In this document: one piece after another, positions 25,380-36,700 of the stretch | Position numbering within the stretch: position 1 is the stretch's first letter | Layout of the letters: every line of letters starts with the position of its first letter | From: Rhynchobatus australiae | Lineage: Eukaryota | Direction of reading: 5' to 3' | Assembly (NCBI GenBank): GCA_034780895.1 | Contig: JAUZTB010000062.1 | Span: 15,097,262-15,161,261, forward strand | DNA: 64,000 nt | Position numbers and translations under genes: made by a program | The notes under the pieces: generated by a model | Database searches by the model: none | What the model saw: only the letters and a program-made list of their open reading frames with translations | Told to the model about the DNA's origin: nothing

Positions 25380-26735
25380 TTGGCCTAGATGTCAGATGAG
25401 TGTATAATTAATTTGTGAATCACATTGGTTATTTAAGAATCTCGAAATACATCTTGAACAGATTATTAAGCATTAAAAAGAGTGTTAGTTCAGCAAAAGG
25501 CATGTAAATCGTTATCTGAGATCCAAAAGCCCCTGGAAAACTTGGAGAAAGATACTTTCGTTGTAAAATCTCTCACTCTCTCATAAAGGAATGTCCTGCT
25601 TTGCTAATTATTATGGACTCTCAAAAGGCATTTGATAAAATTCTTTAGATAAGACTGTTAGCTGAAATGACTAACTTGCAGATACCAGTTACTAGANNNN
25701 NNNNNNNNNNNNNNNNNNNNNNNNNNNNNNNNNNNNNNNNNNNNNNNNNNNNNNNNNNNNNNNNNNNNNNNNNNNNNNNNNNNNNNNNNNNNNNNNGACT
25801 AACTTGCAGATACCAGTTACTAGAAGCTACTGTGATTGAAGACAATTTATTGACTTATCTGAAAAATTAGCTGAGTGTCAAAAGACCACAAGTAAGGGCA
25901 ATGAACAGGTATGAAATTTGCAGAATGTAATTTGTGGGGTACCACATTGTGTTTATTGAGGCTTCAGCTATTCACCTTATTCCCAAATGATTTAGACTGA
26001 GAGGAAAAACAGAACTTTAGATGATAGATTTTAGCATAGGCAATTGTGAGATCATCCACTTTGGAATTAAAGGTGATAGGAAAATGTTCTTTTTGATACT
26101 TAAGAATCCACATACAGAGATAATTGAAATATCATGGACAAGTGTAGGTAATAAAAATGATACTGGAATGCACTTATTTATATATAGACAACTGGCGTAC
26201 AAACAGTTACAAGTTGTGCAACTACTATACAAAGTTCTGGTGAGACCACACTTAGAACATGGGCACCAGAGAGAAGGATGCATTGGCCTTAGAAGTGTAA
26301 TGCAGACTTACCAGTATGCTACAAGGANNNNNNNNNNNNNNNNNNNNNNNNNNNNNNNNNNNNNNNNNNNNNNNNNNNNNNNNNNNNNNNNNNNNNNNNN
26401 NNNNNNNNNNNNNNNNNNNNNNNNNNNNNNNNNNNNNNNNNNNCTGGAACAGTGATTAAGGAATATAAGACTAGGGGGCATGGTCTAAAAATTAGAACAA
26501 GTCTGTTCAGGAATGAAGTTAGGAAACACAAAGGTGGTAGAGGTTTGGTATTGCTTCCTGTAAATTGTAGTTGTTGCTAGTTCATTGGTTAATTTTAAAT
26601 CTGAAATTGCTAACACTTTGTTAATCAGAAGTAGTTAGGGGAAAAAGTGGGTAGGGATATGGGGTATGTCAAACATGACTGAATGGCAAGGAGGTTCAGG
26701 AGGATAAATAGTTTACCCCTGGTTCTATGTTCATT
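25380..26735 (+). mobile_element. Degenerate CR1 LINE (RT to 3' end)
   Basis: MDSQKAFDKI (~25613), NCEIIHFG and LYKVLVRPHLEH, plus the 3' motif actagggggcatggtctaaaaattaga...ttcaggaatgaagttaggaaacac. Confidence 0.8.
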
Positions 26736-28019
26736 TTACATAGATCGATGTCATTTAAACTACTTACAAATTTTTCACTTTACTGGAGAAAATTTAGCTT
26801 GTGAAATCCACTGAGCTAATTATCACAGATTGCTACCTATCCTCATTTTTAATTGTTTCAAAACTACAATTAAATATTTGGTGAGCTAGTGGAATAATTA
26901 ATCGCTTAAATTCTGTAGTTCTACACAAGCTGGAAGAAAAAAAATTGCCAAATGATGAGACAATTCAGCTTGCTTCAACTTCCCCAACGGAGACATCAGC
27001 ACAGTTGCTATTTATTTATCCATTGCTCATTGTTATCCTAGTTACTTTGCATGAAGATCGAGATATGAAACTGCAGGCATGAATTTGTGAAAATATTCTC
27101 TCCATTGTACATCAAAAATGCAAATGACCCATTAGTGCTACTTTTAGTGGCCTAGATATCTATTATTTCTAGCCTTGTGTTCTTTTGGGGATTTCCAAGG
27201 GGGTGATCTCATTGAGAAGTGATGGCATTCTGGGCATGATGACACTTTGATATCTTTAAATTAAAAATTACTTTTGAAATCACTTGTACAGTGTCTTGTC
27301 TTACATTGTTAATTGCTGAATACATGTTCCTGAGTCTATTTTTGTTTATACCGCAATTATTGTGGGGATTTGCAAGCAAGCAAGAGAATCTGGGCTGGAT
27401 TTTAGTCAGCCTGACTTACTGCAGCTAAAAGAGGAAACACCCTTTGCTTCCCCCTCACCCCCTTCACCCCTGCACACTGCACCTAATAAAACATTAGTCC
27501 TTAAAGCCTGTCAAAGCTCAAAATGCCCAATTCTAAAGCAGCCAAGAGAGCTAACCCATTAGTTTGGCTTCAAATAATTATAGACACTACTCAAAGTATC
27601 TGAGGTAGCTACAGAAAAGAATTTCTGAATGAGGTGCCACATTGAGAAATGGCCAGCTTTACATGGTCCCCACAGCTCCCAACCCCATCTGACAGCTTTC
27701 TCAGTCCGAACAGAAAAGGCTTTCTCTCTATTAGTCCAAAGGTAACAACCATTGCTAGAAATAATATTCTCTTATTTGTACAATGAAAGTATTTTTCTCT
27801 CTGGTTTGATACAGTCCACATGTAATCTCATTGGTATTAATCTTAGTGTAACACGTGTCAAACGAAACATTAGTTAGAATCTATTTTAAGGCTGTGCCAC
27901 TTGTAAGATTGTGTCATATGACTAACTGCAGTTCCAACATTGATAAATATGAAAATTTCCAGAATCTGTCTATCTCTAAGAAGAAAGCCACTGTAAGAAA
28001 TTCTGTTTTGATATCAATA

Positions 28020-28380
28020 AGAACAAGAGAACATAGGAACAAGAGCTGGCCTTTCAAACCCTCAGTCTTGCTCCACCATTCCATAAACTTATGTCTGATC
28101 TTCCAACACAATCTTCCACTTTTTCCCAGCAGTATTGCCATTTCCCTTTAATCACCAGAAATATATATATCTTGATTTTCAATGACTGAACCTTCACAGC
28201 CTTCTAGGGTAGAGAGAAGTCCAAAGATTCACCACCCTTGATGTACAGATTTCACCCCATTTGGCCACATTGGCTTTTAATTTTAACCCCCAGTTATGCA
28301 GCGATACATCCTCACTTCATCTCCCCTGTTGAACCCATTTCAGAATAGAGGCCTAGCCTACTTAGTCTCTCCTCTCGCAT
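28020..28380 (-). mobile_element. CR1-type LINE 3' tail
   Basis: agaacataggaacaagagctggcctttcaaaccctcagtcttgctccaccattc...agtccaaagattcaccaccctt is the reverse complement of a CR1 3' end; similar to 28755-29050. Confidence 0.7.
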
Positions 28381-28754
28381 TCCTATTTCCTCTGCCAGAC
28401 TAATTTAAACTCTTCTCCTCAAGCACTGGCAAAACCCCAGGGACGGTATTGGTCCTGGTTCCTGCTAAGCATTTGATATCATTAGAATAACAAGCTACAT
28501 TTCTAGTGTCTTAGAGAAAGTGACTGAGATGCAGAGCTTAGTGACAGTGTTGAACCTGGTACTTGGGGTTATGGCTTTGGCAAAGCTTCCACAGGCAACC
28601 TGGAAAGATGTCTGGATAGAAATTAAGTCCACTACAAGACTGTCAATACGGAACATTGTAGGCATTCTTAAATCCTGCATAGACTTGCAATGCAGCCCAC
28701 TGAGCCTATAAAAAATAATAATAGATACCATGCTTACATTACACCACATTGCAG

Positions 28755-29900
28755 TAAGAACATAATAGCTTTAGAAGTCGGAGCAGGAGGAGGCCATCTG
28801 ACCCTTCAAGTCTGTTATGCCATTCATTAACATCACAGCATTTTCCACCGCTGTCATTATATCCCTTGACTCCCTTAATACCCAGAAATTGATCACTCTC
28901 TGCTTTTAAAGAACACAAAGTTTGAACTTCCACAACCCTTCGAGGAAGAGACTTTCAAAGGTTCTCTGTCCTTTGAATGAAAAATGTTTTCCTCAGTTCA
29001 ATTCTAAATGGCCCATCCCTCATTCTTAAATTGTGGTCCCAGGTCCTAGACTTCCCAGTCAGGGGAAACACTCTCCCTGCTTTGAGCCTGTGAAGCTCTG
29101 TCAGAATTGATGAATTTTTCTCTCATTCTTATAAACTCTGTGGNNNNNNNNNNNNNNNNNNNNNNNNNNNNNNNNNNNNNNNNNNNNNNNNNNNNNNNNN
29201 NNNNNNNNNNNNNNNNNNNNNNNNNNNNNNNNNNNNNNNNNNNTCTCTCATTCTTATAAACTCTGTGGAACATATTCCCTGTCTACTCAAATTCTCCTCA
29301 TGCAGCAAAACTGTCATCCTGGAACCAGTCTAGTGGATCGTTACTGTACACGTTCCTTGGTGGGTATATCATTTATTGGGTAAGGAGCCCAAAGCACCAC
29401 AGACTACTCCAGGTGCAATTTCATGGAGATCCTATGCAAGTGCAACAAGACTTCTTTACTGCTGTAATCAAGCCTCCCTCATAATAAAGGCTAACATACC
29501 AATTGCTCTCCTAAGTACTTGGCAGACCTGTATGTCGGCCTTCGGAGACTTTAGTATAAAAGTGGATAACTTCACAGTTCTCCACATTATATTCCATTTG
29601 CAACGTTCTTGCCTGTTCATTCAGCTTATGCATGTGCCCTTGAGGAATCTTTACGTTATCCTCCATGGGAACTGAACCATGTACATCAGTGCGATTTTCA
29701 TTTTTCACACTGAATTTTACTGATTATGCTCCAAAAATTCCATCTGCCACGCGTCTGCCCATTCCACCATTCTGTATCATCCTGATGATAACTATTGTCC
29801 TCCTTCCTATTTCCCATATATTCAAGTGTTCAGTCACTACAGCTTTTGAAATTGTGCTCTGTGCAGCCATGCCCAAGTCATAAATATATATTGTAATATT
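28755..29900 (-). mobile_element. CR1 LINE 3' portion
   Basis: Tail agaacataatagc...gcaggaggaggccatctgacccttcaag; peptides MEVQTLCSLKAESDQFLGIKGVKGY and LQMEYNVENCEVIHF. Confidence 0.8.
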
Positions 29901-29902
29901 TA

Positions 29903-30430
29903 CAGGGGTGGCACAGGAAATAGAGCTGCTGCCTCAGAACTCCAGAAACCCAGGTCCAATCCTGACCTCCAGTGCTGTCTGTGTGAGGTTTGAACATCCT
30001 CCCCACGACTGCACAGGTTTCCACAGAGTGCTGTGGTATCCTGCCACATTCCAAAGACGTGCAGGTAGGTAATGCAGAGAGCAGCTTGCAATGTTCTGTC
30101 TACCTGCACTGTACTTTCTCTGTAGCTGTGACACTTTATTCTGCATTCTGTATTTTACCTTGTCCTACCTCACTGCACTGTGTAATGAATTGATCTGTAT
30201 GAATGGTATGCAAGACAAGATTTTCATTGTACCAATTCCAATTCCAAATGGCTAATTTAAATTACCATTAATATAGCTTAGTGACAAAAGACTTGAAGAG
30301 ACTTGATGGGCATGTGAGAGAGAATGAGTTGCGGGGCAAGAGGAAATAAGGAGAGGGAAAATGGTACTGATGAGACTGTTTTGCTGAATGCCAGCATAGG
30401 ACCAATTGTTAAATGGTCTTCTCCTGTATC
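29903..30430 (+). mobile_element. tRNA-derived V-SINE/HE1-like SINE with a nested LINE-tail fragment (~30075-30247)
   Basis: A/B-box-like head ggtggcacagg...agagctgctgcctcagaactccagaaacccaggtccaatcctgacctcc and core gtctgtgtgaggtttgaacatcctcccc...ccacattccaaagacgtgcagg. The inner segment ends in (CCAATT)n like a LINE tail, after which SINE-like sequence resumes. Confidence 0.7.
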
Positions 30431-30549
30431 TTTATAATTAAGCAGGTCCCACAAACTGAACTGAATTAAAAATGATCGTTATCAACAGACTACCCACTAT
30501 TGAACATTTTCAAATGAAGTAGCATTAAAATACTGCAATTCTGAAAATA

Positions 30550-30780
30550 GATAAGATATCTTTATTAGTCATATGTACATTGAAACATACAGTGAAATGC
30601 ATCTTTTTGTGTTGAGCATTTGGAGGTGCAGCCCGCAAGTGTCACCACGCTTCCGGCACTGACACAGCATACCCGCAACTTCCTAACCCGCACAGCTTTG
30701 GAATGTGGGAGGAAACCGGAGCACCCGGAGGAAACCCACACAGACATTGGGAGAACATACAAACTCCTTACAGACATACC
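30550..30780 (-). mobile_element. V-SINE-type SINE, 5' truncated
   Basis: ctttggaatgtgggaggaaaccggagcacccggaggaaacccacacagaca...acaaactccttacagaca is the reverse complement of the V-SINE core. Same family as 32990-33275. Confidence 0.85.
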
Positions 30781-31114
30781 ACCAGATACTGGTTTATATA
30801 TTGCATGGTTTTTAATTATTTAAAATTGCATGGCTTTAATTATTTAATATTGAAGGTGATGAAGAATAATTTTGTCACATGAATCATAATTATTCTATTA
30901 ATCAATCGCAACAATTAAACTAGGTAAGTTCACCTAATGGCAATAGAGTAATTAAAGCAAACCTTTTAGCAGAAGAATCCCTTCTTCAAGAAGGTGGTAC
31001 AAAACAAAATGATCTGTGTTTTTAATATAATGACTATATTACTGTAGGTTTCATGTAACCCACAACCATCATGAACTACCCACCAAATTTCTTACCAAGC
31101 TGGTTATTTATTTA

Positions 31115-32920
31115 CAAAAACAAGATACCACAGATGCTGTAAGTCTGAAATACCAACAGAAAATTTTGGAAATATCAATTCTATCAGCATCTGTGGAAAT
31201 AAAAACAAAGTTAATATTTCAGGTTATTGTCCTTGTTGCAGAACTGGATGAGATGCAACAGGTTTTAAGCAAATAAAGAGATGGGGGAGGGAGGAATGAA
31301 GAACAAAAGGCATTTAGCCAGGATGAAGGGCAAGAGAGATTAAATTACACAAGGGCTGATGGTGGAAGGCAACTGAGGNNNNNNNNNNNNNNNNNNNNNN
31401 NNNNNNNNNNNNNNNNNNNNNNNNNNNNNNNNNNNNNNNNNNNNNNNNNNNNNNNNNNNNNNNNNNNNNNNNNNNNNNGAGATTAAATTACACAAGGGAT
31501 GATGGTGGAAGGCAACTGAGGATAGCAATGATGCAGGTTAGGTTGAGGAGGTTGGGCAAGAAAGAGATGCAAGTGGCTTTAACAGAACAATTACAAACAG
31601 CTGCCATCTAAACAAAAAAATGGATGCAATAGCTCTAGTCTACAAATGTTGAATTTAATGTTGAGTTTGGAAGACTGTATTGTACCTGGCTGAGAGATGA
31701 GATTTTATAGCTCTTGGTTCTGTTGAGTTGCTCCAGGGTGGAGTACAGGCCAAAGACAATGGTCTGAGCAAGAGTGAAACAGTGAATTAAAATGACAGAT
31801 AACCAAAAGCCAGAGGTAATGTTTGTGCACCAAAGAGATGTCCCACAATGTGGTGGCACCTGTCTGGATTTGATCTCGCTGATGTAGTGAAGACAAAAAA
31901 TCAGCGATGAATACAGTTTTCAAAAAAGTTCGAGTATGTTGCACCTTTGCCTGCAAGAAATGATTCAAGGTCTAGATATTGGAAAGAGAGGATGCCTATT
32001 GGAAGGTGTTGTATCTTCTGTATTTGCATGGAAAAATACCATGGAAAGGCGAGGGGAGTGAATATTGGATGTTTTTGAAAACTGTACCAGGATGTTGTGG
32101 AGGGAACTGTGCCTTTGGAATGATAAAGTGGGGTGGGAGGAGAAGATGTGTGTGTTAGTGGCATGGCTGGATGTGGCATACACGATGGAGAGTGATATTT
32201 AGGATGACACAGTAGTGCAACTCATCGAGCTGCTGCCTCACAGCTCCAGAGACCAAGGTTCAATCCTGGCCTTGAGTTTTCTCTGTGTGGACTTGCACAT
32301 TGTCACTGTGACTATGTNNNNNNNNNNNNNNNNNNNNNNNNNNNNNNNNNNNNNNNNNNNNNNNNNNNNNNNNNNNNNNNNNNNNNNNNNNNNNNNNNNN
32401 NNNNNNNNNNNNNNNNNTGTGGACTTGCACATTGTCACTGTGACTATGTGGGTTTCCTCCACGTGCTGGAGTTTCCTCTCACGTCCCAAAGACATGCAGC
32501 CCTAAGTTGCCCCTAGTGTGTAGGTGAATGGTGGAATCTGGCAGGTAGAATCTGGGGAGAGAATAACAGAATGGGATTAATGTAAATGGGCAGTTAATGA
32601 ACAGAATAAACCTGTTGGGCCAAAGGGCCTGTTTCTGTAATTCACCTCTCTATATATTGCATGTGAAGCCTGATTAAAAGAAAGGACAAAGAATAAGTAG
32701 TAGTGTGGGAAATGGGATAGATGGTCAAGGGCCCTATTAATCTTGGTGCCGGGAATGTAAAGGAGAAAGACATATCAGAAGCACTAATATAGATGGCGGC
32801 ATCAGAAAGAATTGGTAGACAAAACTGAAGGGGTCCTTCACTACGTGGGATGGGAAAAGTGAATTTAAGGAAATTAAGGAAAGTGAGGCAGGAATCAAGT
32901 TTGACAAGTTAAATGTAGTG
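31115..32920 (-). mobile_element. Penelope-like retroelement relic, interrupted by a SINE
   Basis: Terminal segment cacagatgctgtaagtctgaaataccaacagaaaattttggaaat. 31860-32100 is the reverse complement of sequence similar to the GIY-YIG region at 16200-16440. RT-like remnants follow the SINE (32660-32920). Confidence 0.7.
32203..32650 (+). mobile_element. HE1/V-SINE-like SINE
   Basis: gacacagtagtgcaactcatcgagctgctgcctcacagctccagagaccaaggttcaatcctg (A/B boxes), core gtgggtttcctcc...cccaaagacatgcag, and a CR1-like tail gggccaaagggcctgtttctg. Confidence 0.85.
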
Positions 32921-32989
32921 GNNNNNNNNNNAAATATAAAATGAAGTCAAAGCTTTTCCTGAAAAGATGATGTGGCCATTTTATAAAAT

Positions 32990-33275
32990 ATTTATTTTTT
33001 GTCACATATACATCGAAACACACAGTGAAATGCGTCTTTTTGCATTACTGAGAATGTGCTGGGGGCAGCCGGCAAGTGTCGCCAGTCTTCTGATGCCAAC
33101 ACGGCATGCCCACAGCTCCTAACCTCTACGTCTTTGGAATGTGGGAGGAAACTGGAGCATCCAGGGGAAACCCACACAGACACACAAGGAGAATGTACAG
33201 ACTCCTTCCTGACAGTGACAGGAATTGAACCCAGGTCGCTGACGTTGGAATAGTGTTACACTAACCGCTACACTA
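32990..33275 (-). mobile_element. Near full-length V-SINE-type SINE
   Basis: Reverse-complement core tctttggaatgtgggaggaaactggagc and B box ggaattgaacccaggtcgctg...ctaaccgctacactac. Confidence 0.85.
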
Positions 33276-33854
33276 CAGTACTGTTATAAACAGATCCTTA
33301 AAAGTATTGTATTTTCAGTAGATTGTTCATGCTTTAAATTTAAATCAATGAAATTAAGATAGAGCCTCCTTTTGAAAGTTTGAAAATTTGTAACATCTCA
33401 ATTTAACCAAGTGTCTGAATTTTATTCGCCTCATTTTACTATAAATATCCCATGCAAATTAACAGGTGTGAGACAGGGTGGCAAGTCTGTAATGGGTTAC
33501 AAGAAAATTGCCTATTCAAAGAGATTTGAAGACATAAGAAAATCTTGGCAGAACATTCAACTACTTCAGCGTCACAACCAACTCTTTGTCATTAGATATC
33601 ATTTGTGTTTGAACATGCTTTACATAATTCTGCATCCTAACATATGGCAGGTCCAGTTGTGCAAAGATTAAGCTGTTGGGCCTGAAGGCAATTCATATTA
33701 TGTACTGATGATAAACTGTTATGAATCTTCTTTACCCCGCCTCTCAACCATACCAGAATACTAATAAATACATAAAGCCACATGAAACATTAGCACAAGC
33801 TCAGGCCTCCAATAATATTGAAAAGTATGCCAATGAAATTGATCAAGGGTTATC

Positions 33855-34182
33855 ATATCATACAGCCCAGAAACTGGCCCCTTTGCAGACCTAGGTCATT
33901 GCCAACCACCAATCAACCATCAGCACTAACTCCATTTTTGTTCTCTCCCCACATTGCCATCAGCTCTCCCCAGATTTTACTGCTCATCGACACACTAGGG
34001 AAATTTACAGTGGCTAATTAACACACCTTTGGGGTGTGGGAGGAAATTGAAGCACCAGGGGGAATCCACATGGTCACAGGGAGTAAGTGCAAATTAAACA
34101 CAGGCAGCACCCAAGCTTAGGACAGAACCCGGGACTCTGGAGCTATGAGGCAGAAGCTCTATGACCTGCACCACTGTGCCAC
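33855..34182 (-). mobile_element. HE1/V-SINE-like SINE
   Basis: ctttggggtgtgggaggaaattgaagcacc...gaacccgggactctggagctatgaggcag...ctgcaccactgtgcca, the reverse complement of the 32203 family. Confidence 0.8.
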
Positions 34183-34899
34183 TCTATTTTTGTCTGTTGA
34201 TACTCTCCCAAATACATAAGTTTTTGGCAGCTTAAGCATACTCATCGAATTTTCATGTGTCATCTGAATTTGTTGTATAATTTCCTCAATTAGAAATATA
34301 CTTTAAAAAATTCATTAACATTAAATTTAATACATTATTATGCTATGAATTGGTTTAATGCTGAAAGAAAGTAAATGGCAGAGAACTATATGACAGAATG
34401 CCACACATTTTCGGTCAAACAAGGCCAAGCCAGGATGCCATCATAGAAAAAGATACAACATAAATCAGGAATATCTCTTGTTTTCCTTGAGGCTCAATGA
34501 GTTTATTCAGAGTGCGACTGAGCAATATGGACCGGGAGCATCCAGATATGATCAGCAGCTTGTGTTGATTTGTTGGTATTAACCAGGTTGTAAAGAGAGT
34601 GGAAAATCAGGCAGAGTTTCTGTTCCTGGTTGTTATCTGGTAATGTCCAACTTGTGCATTCATGAATTTTGAGTGAATAAAAGATCATGCTTATTGCAAT
34701 TCTCCTCATTTGTCAAAAGATTGATTACTATAGAAATTCATCCACTACTAATGATGATTTAATAAGGTGCTGGAGGATGCCTTGTCCAGCAAATAGACAG
34801 TGCTTCAAACTGTCTCAGCATNNNNNNNNNNTGGAAAAAACTGAAGAAGATATCACAGCCAACATTGTAGGTGACCTAATTCCATATCCATTCCTATGT

Positions 34900-35330
34900 T
34901 CCATATCCTTTCACACAAGAAATGAAGGAATTGACTGGTTACCGCCCAACTATTTACTTCCCACTTTATTTGAAGATTACCCATGATCTAGACTGCCTCT
35001 GTGGAATGTCATGGGAGATTGACAAGTAATATATTGAAATCCTTGGTGATGCTCCAGTTGTATTGAACTGGTAAGTGTTGCTGTGAGAGTAATGCCTGTT
35101 ATTGTAACTAACTTCACAGATGATGTTGTAATGTCCCTCCTCATGTTTTGTTGGCCACTTTTGCTTGTTATCGCTGCCGTCTTCCCTTTCTTGGTCCAGA
35201 TGTTTTCCTGTAGCCCTTTCCACTCAGCTACATTAACCTTCATGTATACACCGGTCTCCCCTTCCTCCATACTTCTGCCAACTATACCCAGCACTCCAAA
35301 CATGACCAACAACACTGCAGGTCTCACTGT
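34900..35330 (-). mobile_element. Old CR1/L2-like LINE fragment
   Basis: Degenerate segments resembling LINE ORF1-end and endonuclease sequence; recognised loosely from memory only. Confidence 0.35.
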
Positions 35331-36542
35331 TTTATGTGTTTTCCTTAATTTGTTATTGATAAAGGAATGAGTTTCATGCCTGTTTCTTTTTGAGATATTG
35401 TGTTCTGCGTTTCAGCACATTAACACTTTGGTATTTATCAGCTAAATACAATGTCAAGAATATTAAAATGTCTGGATGATTTCTATATGATTTATGCACA
35501 TATTATCTTTTTATAAGTTGGAATTTGGCCATTTAATTCAGGTATATTGTCTTTTCACTGTGACTTTGCCTTTTGTTAGTGTAATACTAATCATTTCAAC
35601 TGCTTGTGTTATGGCAGAGGCCTCTGATATGGGCTGTTTTCCAGTGTCAGTAAATAATCAACCTCACAGAGAGAATACCAAGNNNNNNNNNNNNNNNNNN
35701 NNNNNNNNNNNNNNNNNNNNNNNNNNNNNNNNNNNNNNNNNNNNNNNNNNNNNNNNNNNNNNNNNNNNNNNNNNNNNNNNNNNNNNNNNNNNNNNNNNNN
35801 NNNNNNNNNNNNNNNNNNNNNNNNNNNNNNNNNNNNNNNNNNNNNNGAGAATATTTGCGAGATATGTAAAAAGATTATCACCTACAGCTTAATTTGTTTA
35901 AATATAACCATGTATTGTGGATTAATCCACACAATGATTCTTTAAGTTTATGTGCTCCTGTGTTATGTGGCTTGTGCCTTTGCTATCATATGAACCCTCT
36001 GTTAATACCTCACCCATAGGAAGAGGTGATTTAGAGGGGAGAATATTACAAATACACTGTGTGTGCTATGCCACATATACTGTGCAAATAACGGCCACAT
36101 ATATGGATAACCAAATAAATTTGCACTTCTTGTATTCATCCATCAGTTAAGTATCTGTCCATTAAAGGATACAGATATGCATTCCATTGGTGAGTTGGAC
36201 CAAAGTCCAAACTAGAATGGGCCATCCCCAATAGTGAGAAAGCCAAAAGGAGTCACATGTTTTGCCTCTCGCTGAAGTCTCAGATCTCTCAGGTGTGGCG
36301 TTGCTCCATTCCACATGTTGGGTTTTCACCACAACTTGGGTACAAAGACAGTTTACAGCCTTCCAGTTGGTTCGTTTTTGACAGGACTGGGGGACTTCGG
36401 GCATTTAAAAATATGGAGCACTGGAGAAAGGTCTTCCCGTGTAGAGGGTTTTGACCCCTCTGTTTATTTTTATTAAAGTTAAATGACTTACATAGGTTCC
36501 TGGTAATAGATGAATCCAACAGAGTAAATATTTCTCCTAAAG

Positions 36543-36700
36543 TGGAAAATGCTGAAAATACTCAGCAGGTCAGGCAGCAGCTCAAGGGAGAGAAAGAATC
36601 AGTACTTCAACGCCAGGACCGTTCAGCTTGAGCTGCCGAGTATTTCCAGCATTTGTGTTTTATTTCAGAGAGCCGGCATCTGCCGGACTTTGCCTTCAGA
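36543..36700. repeat. Short palindromic Penelope-terminal-derived repeat
   Basis: Inverted arms aaatgctgaaaatactcagcag ... ctgccgagtatttccagcattt. Related arms occur at 16960-17000, 31120-31200, 39825-40150 and 57575-57670. Confidence 0.7.

Noticed and set aside
29903-34182. tRNA-like A/B boxes as possible tRNA genes
   Set aside because: They are SINE heads followed by V-SINE core sequence, with no cloverleaf.
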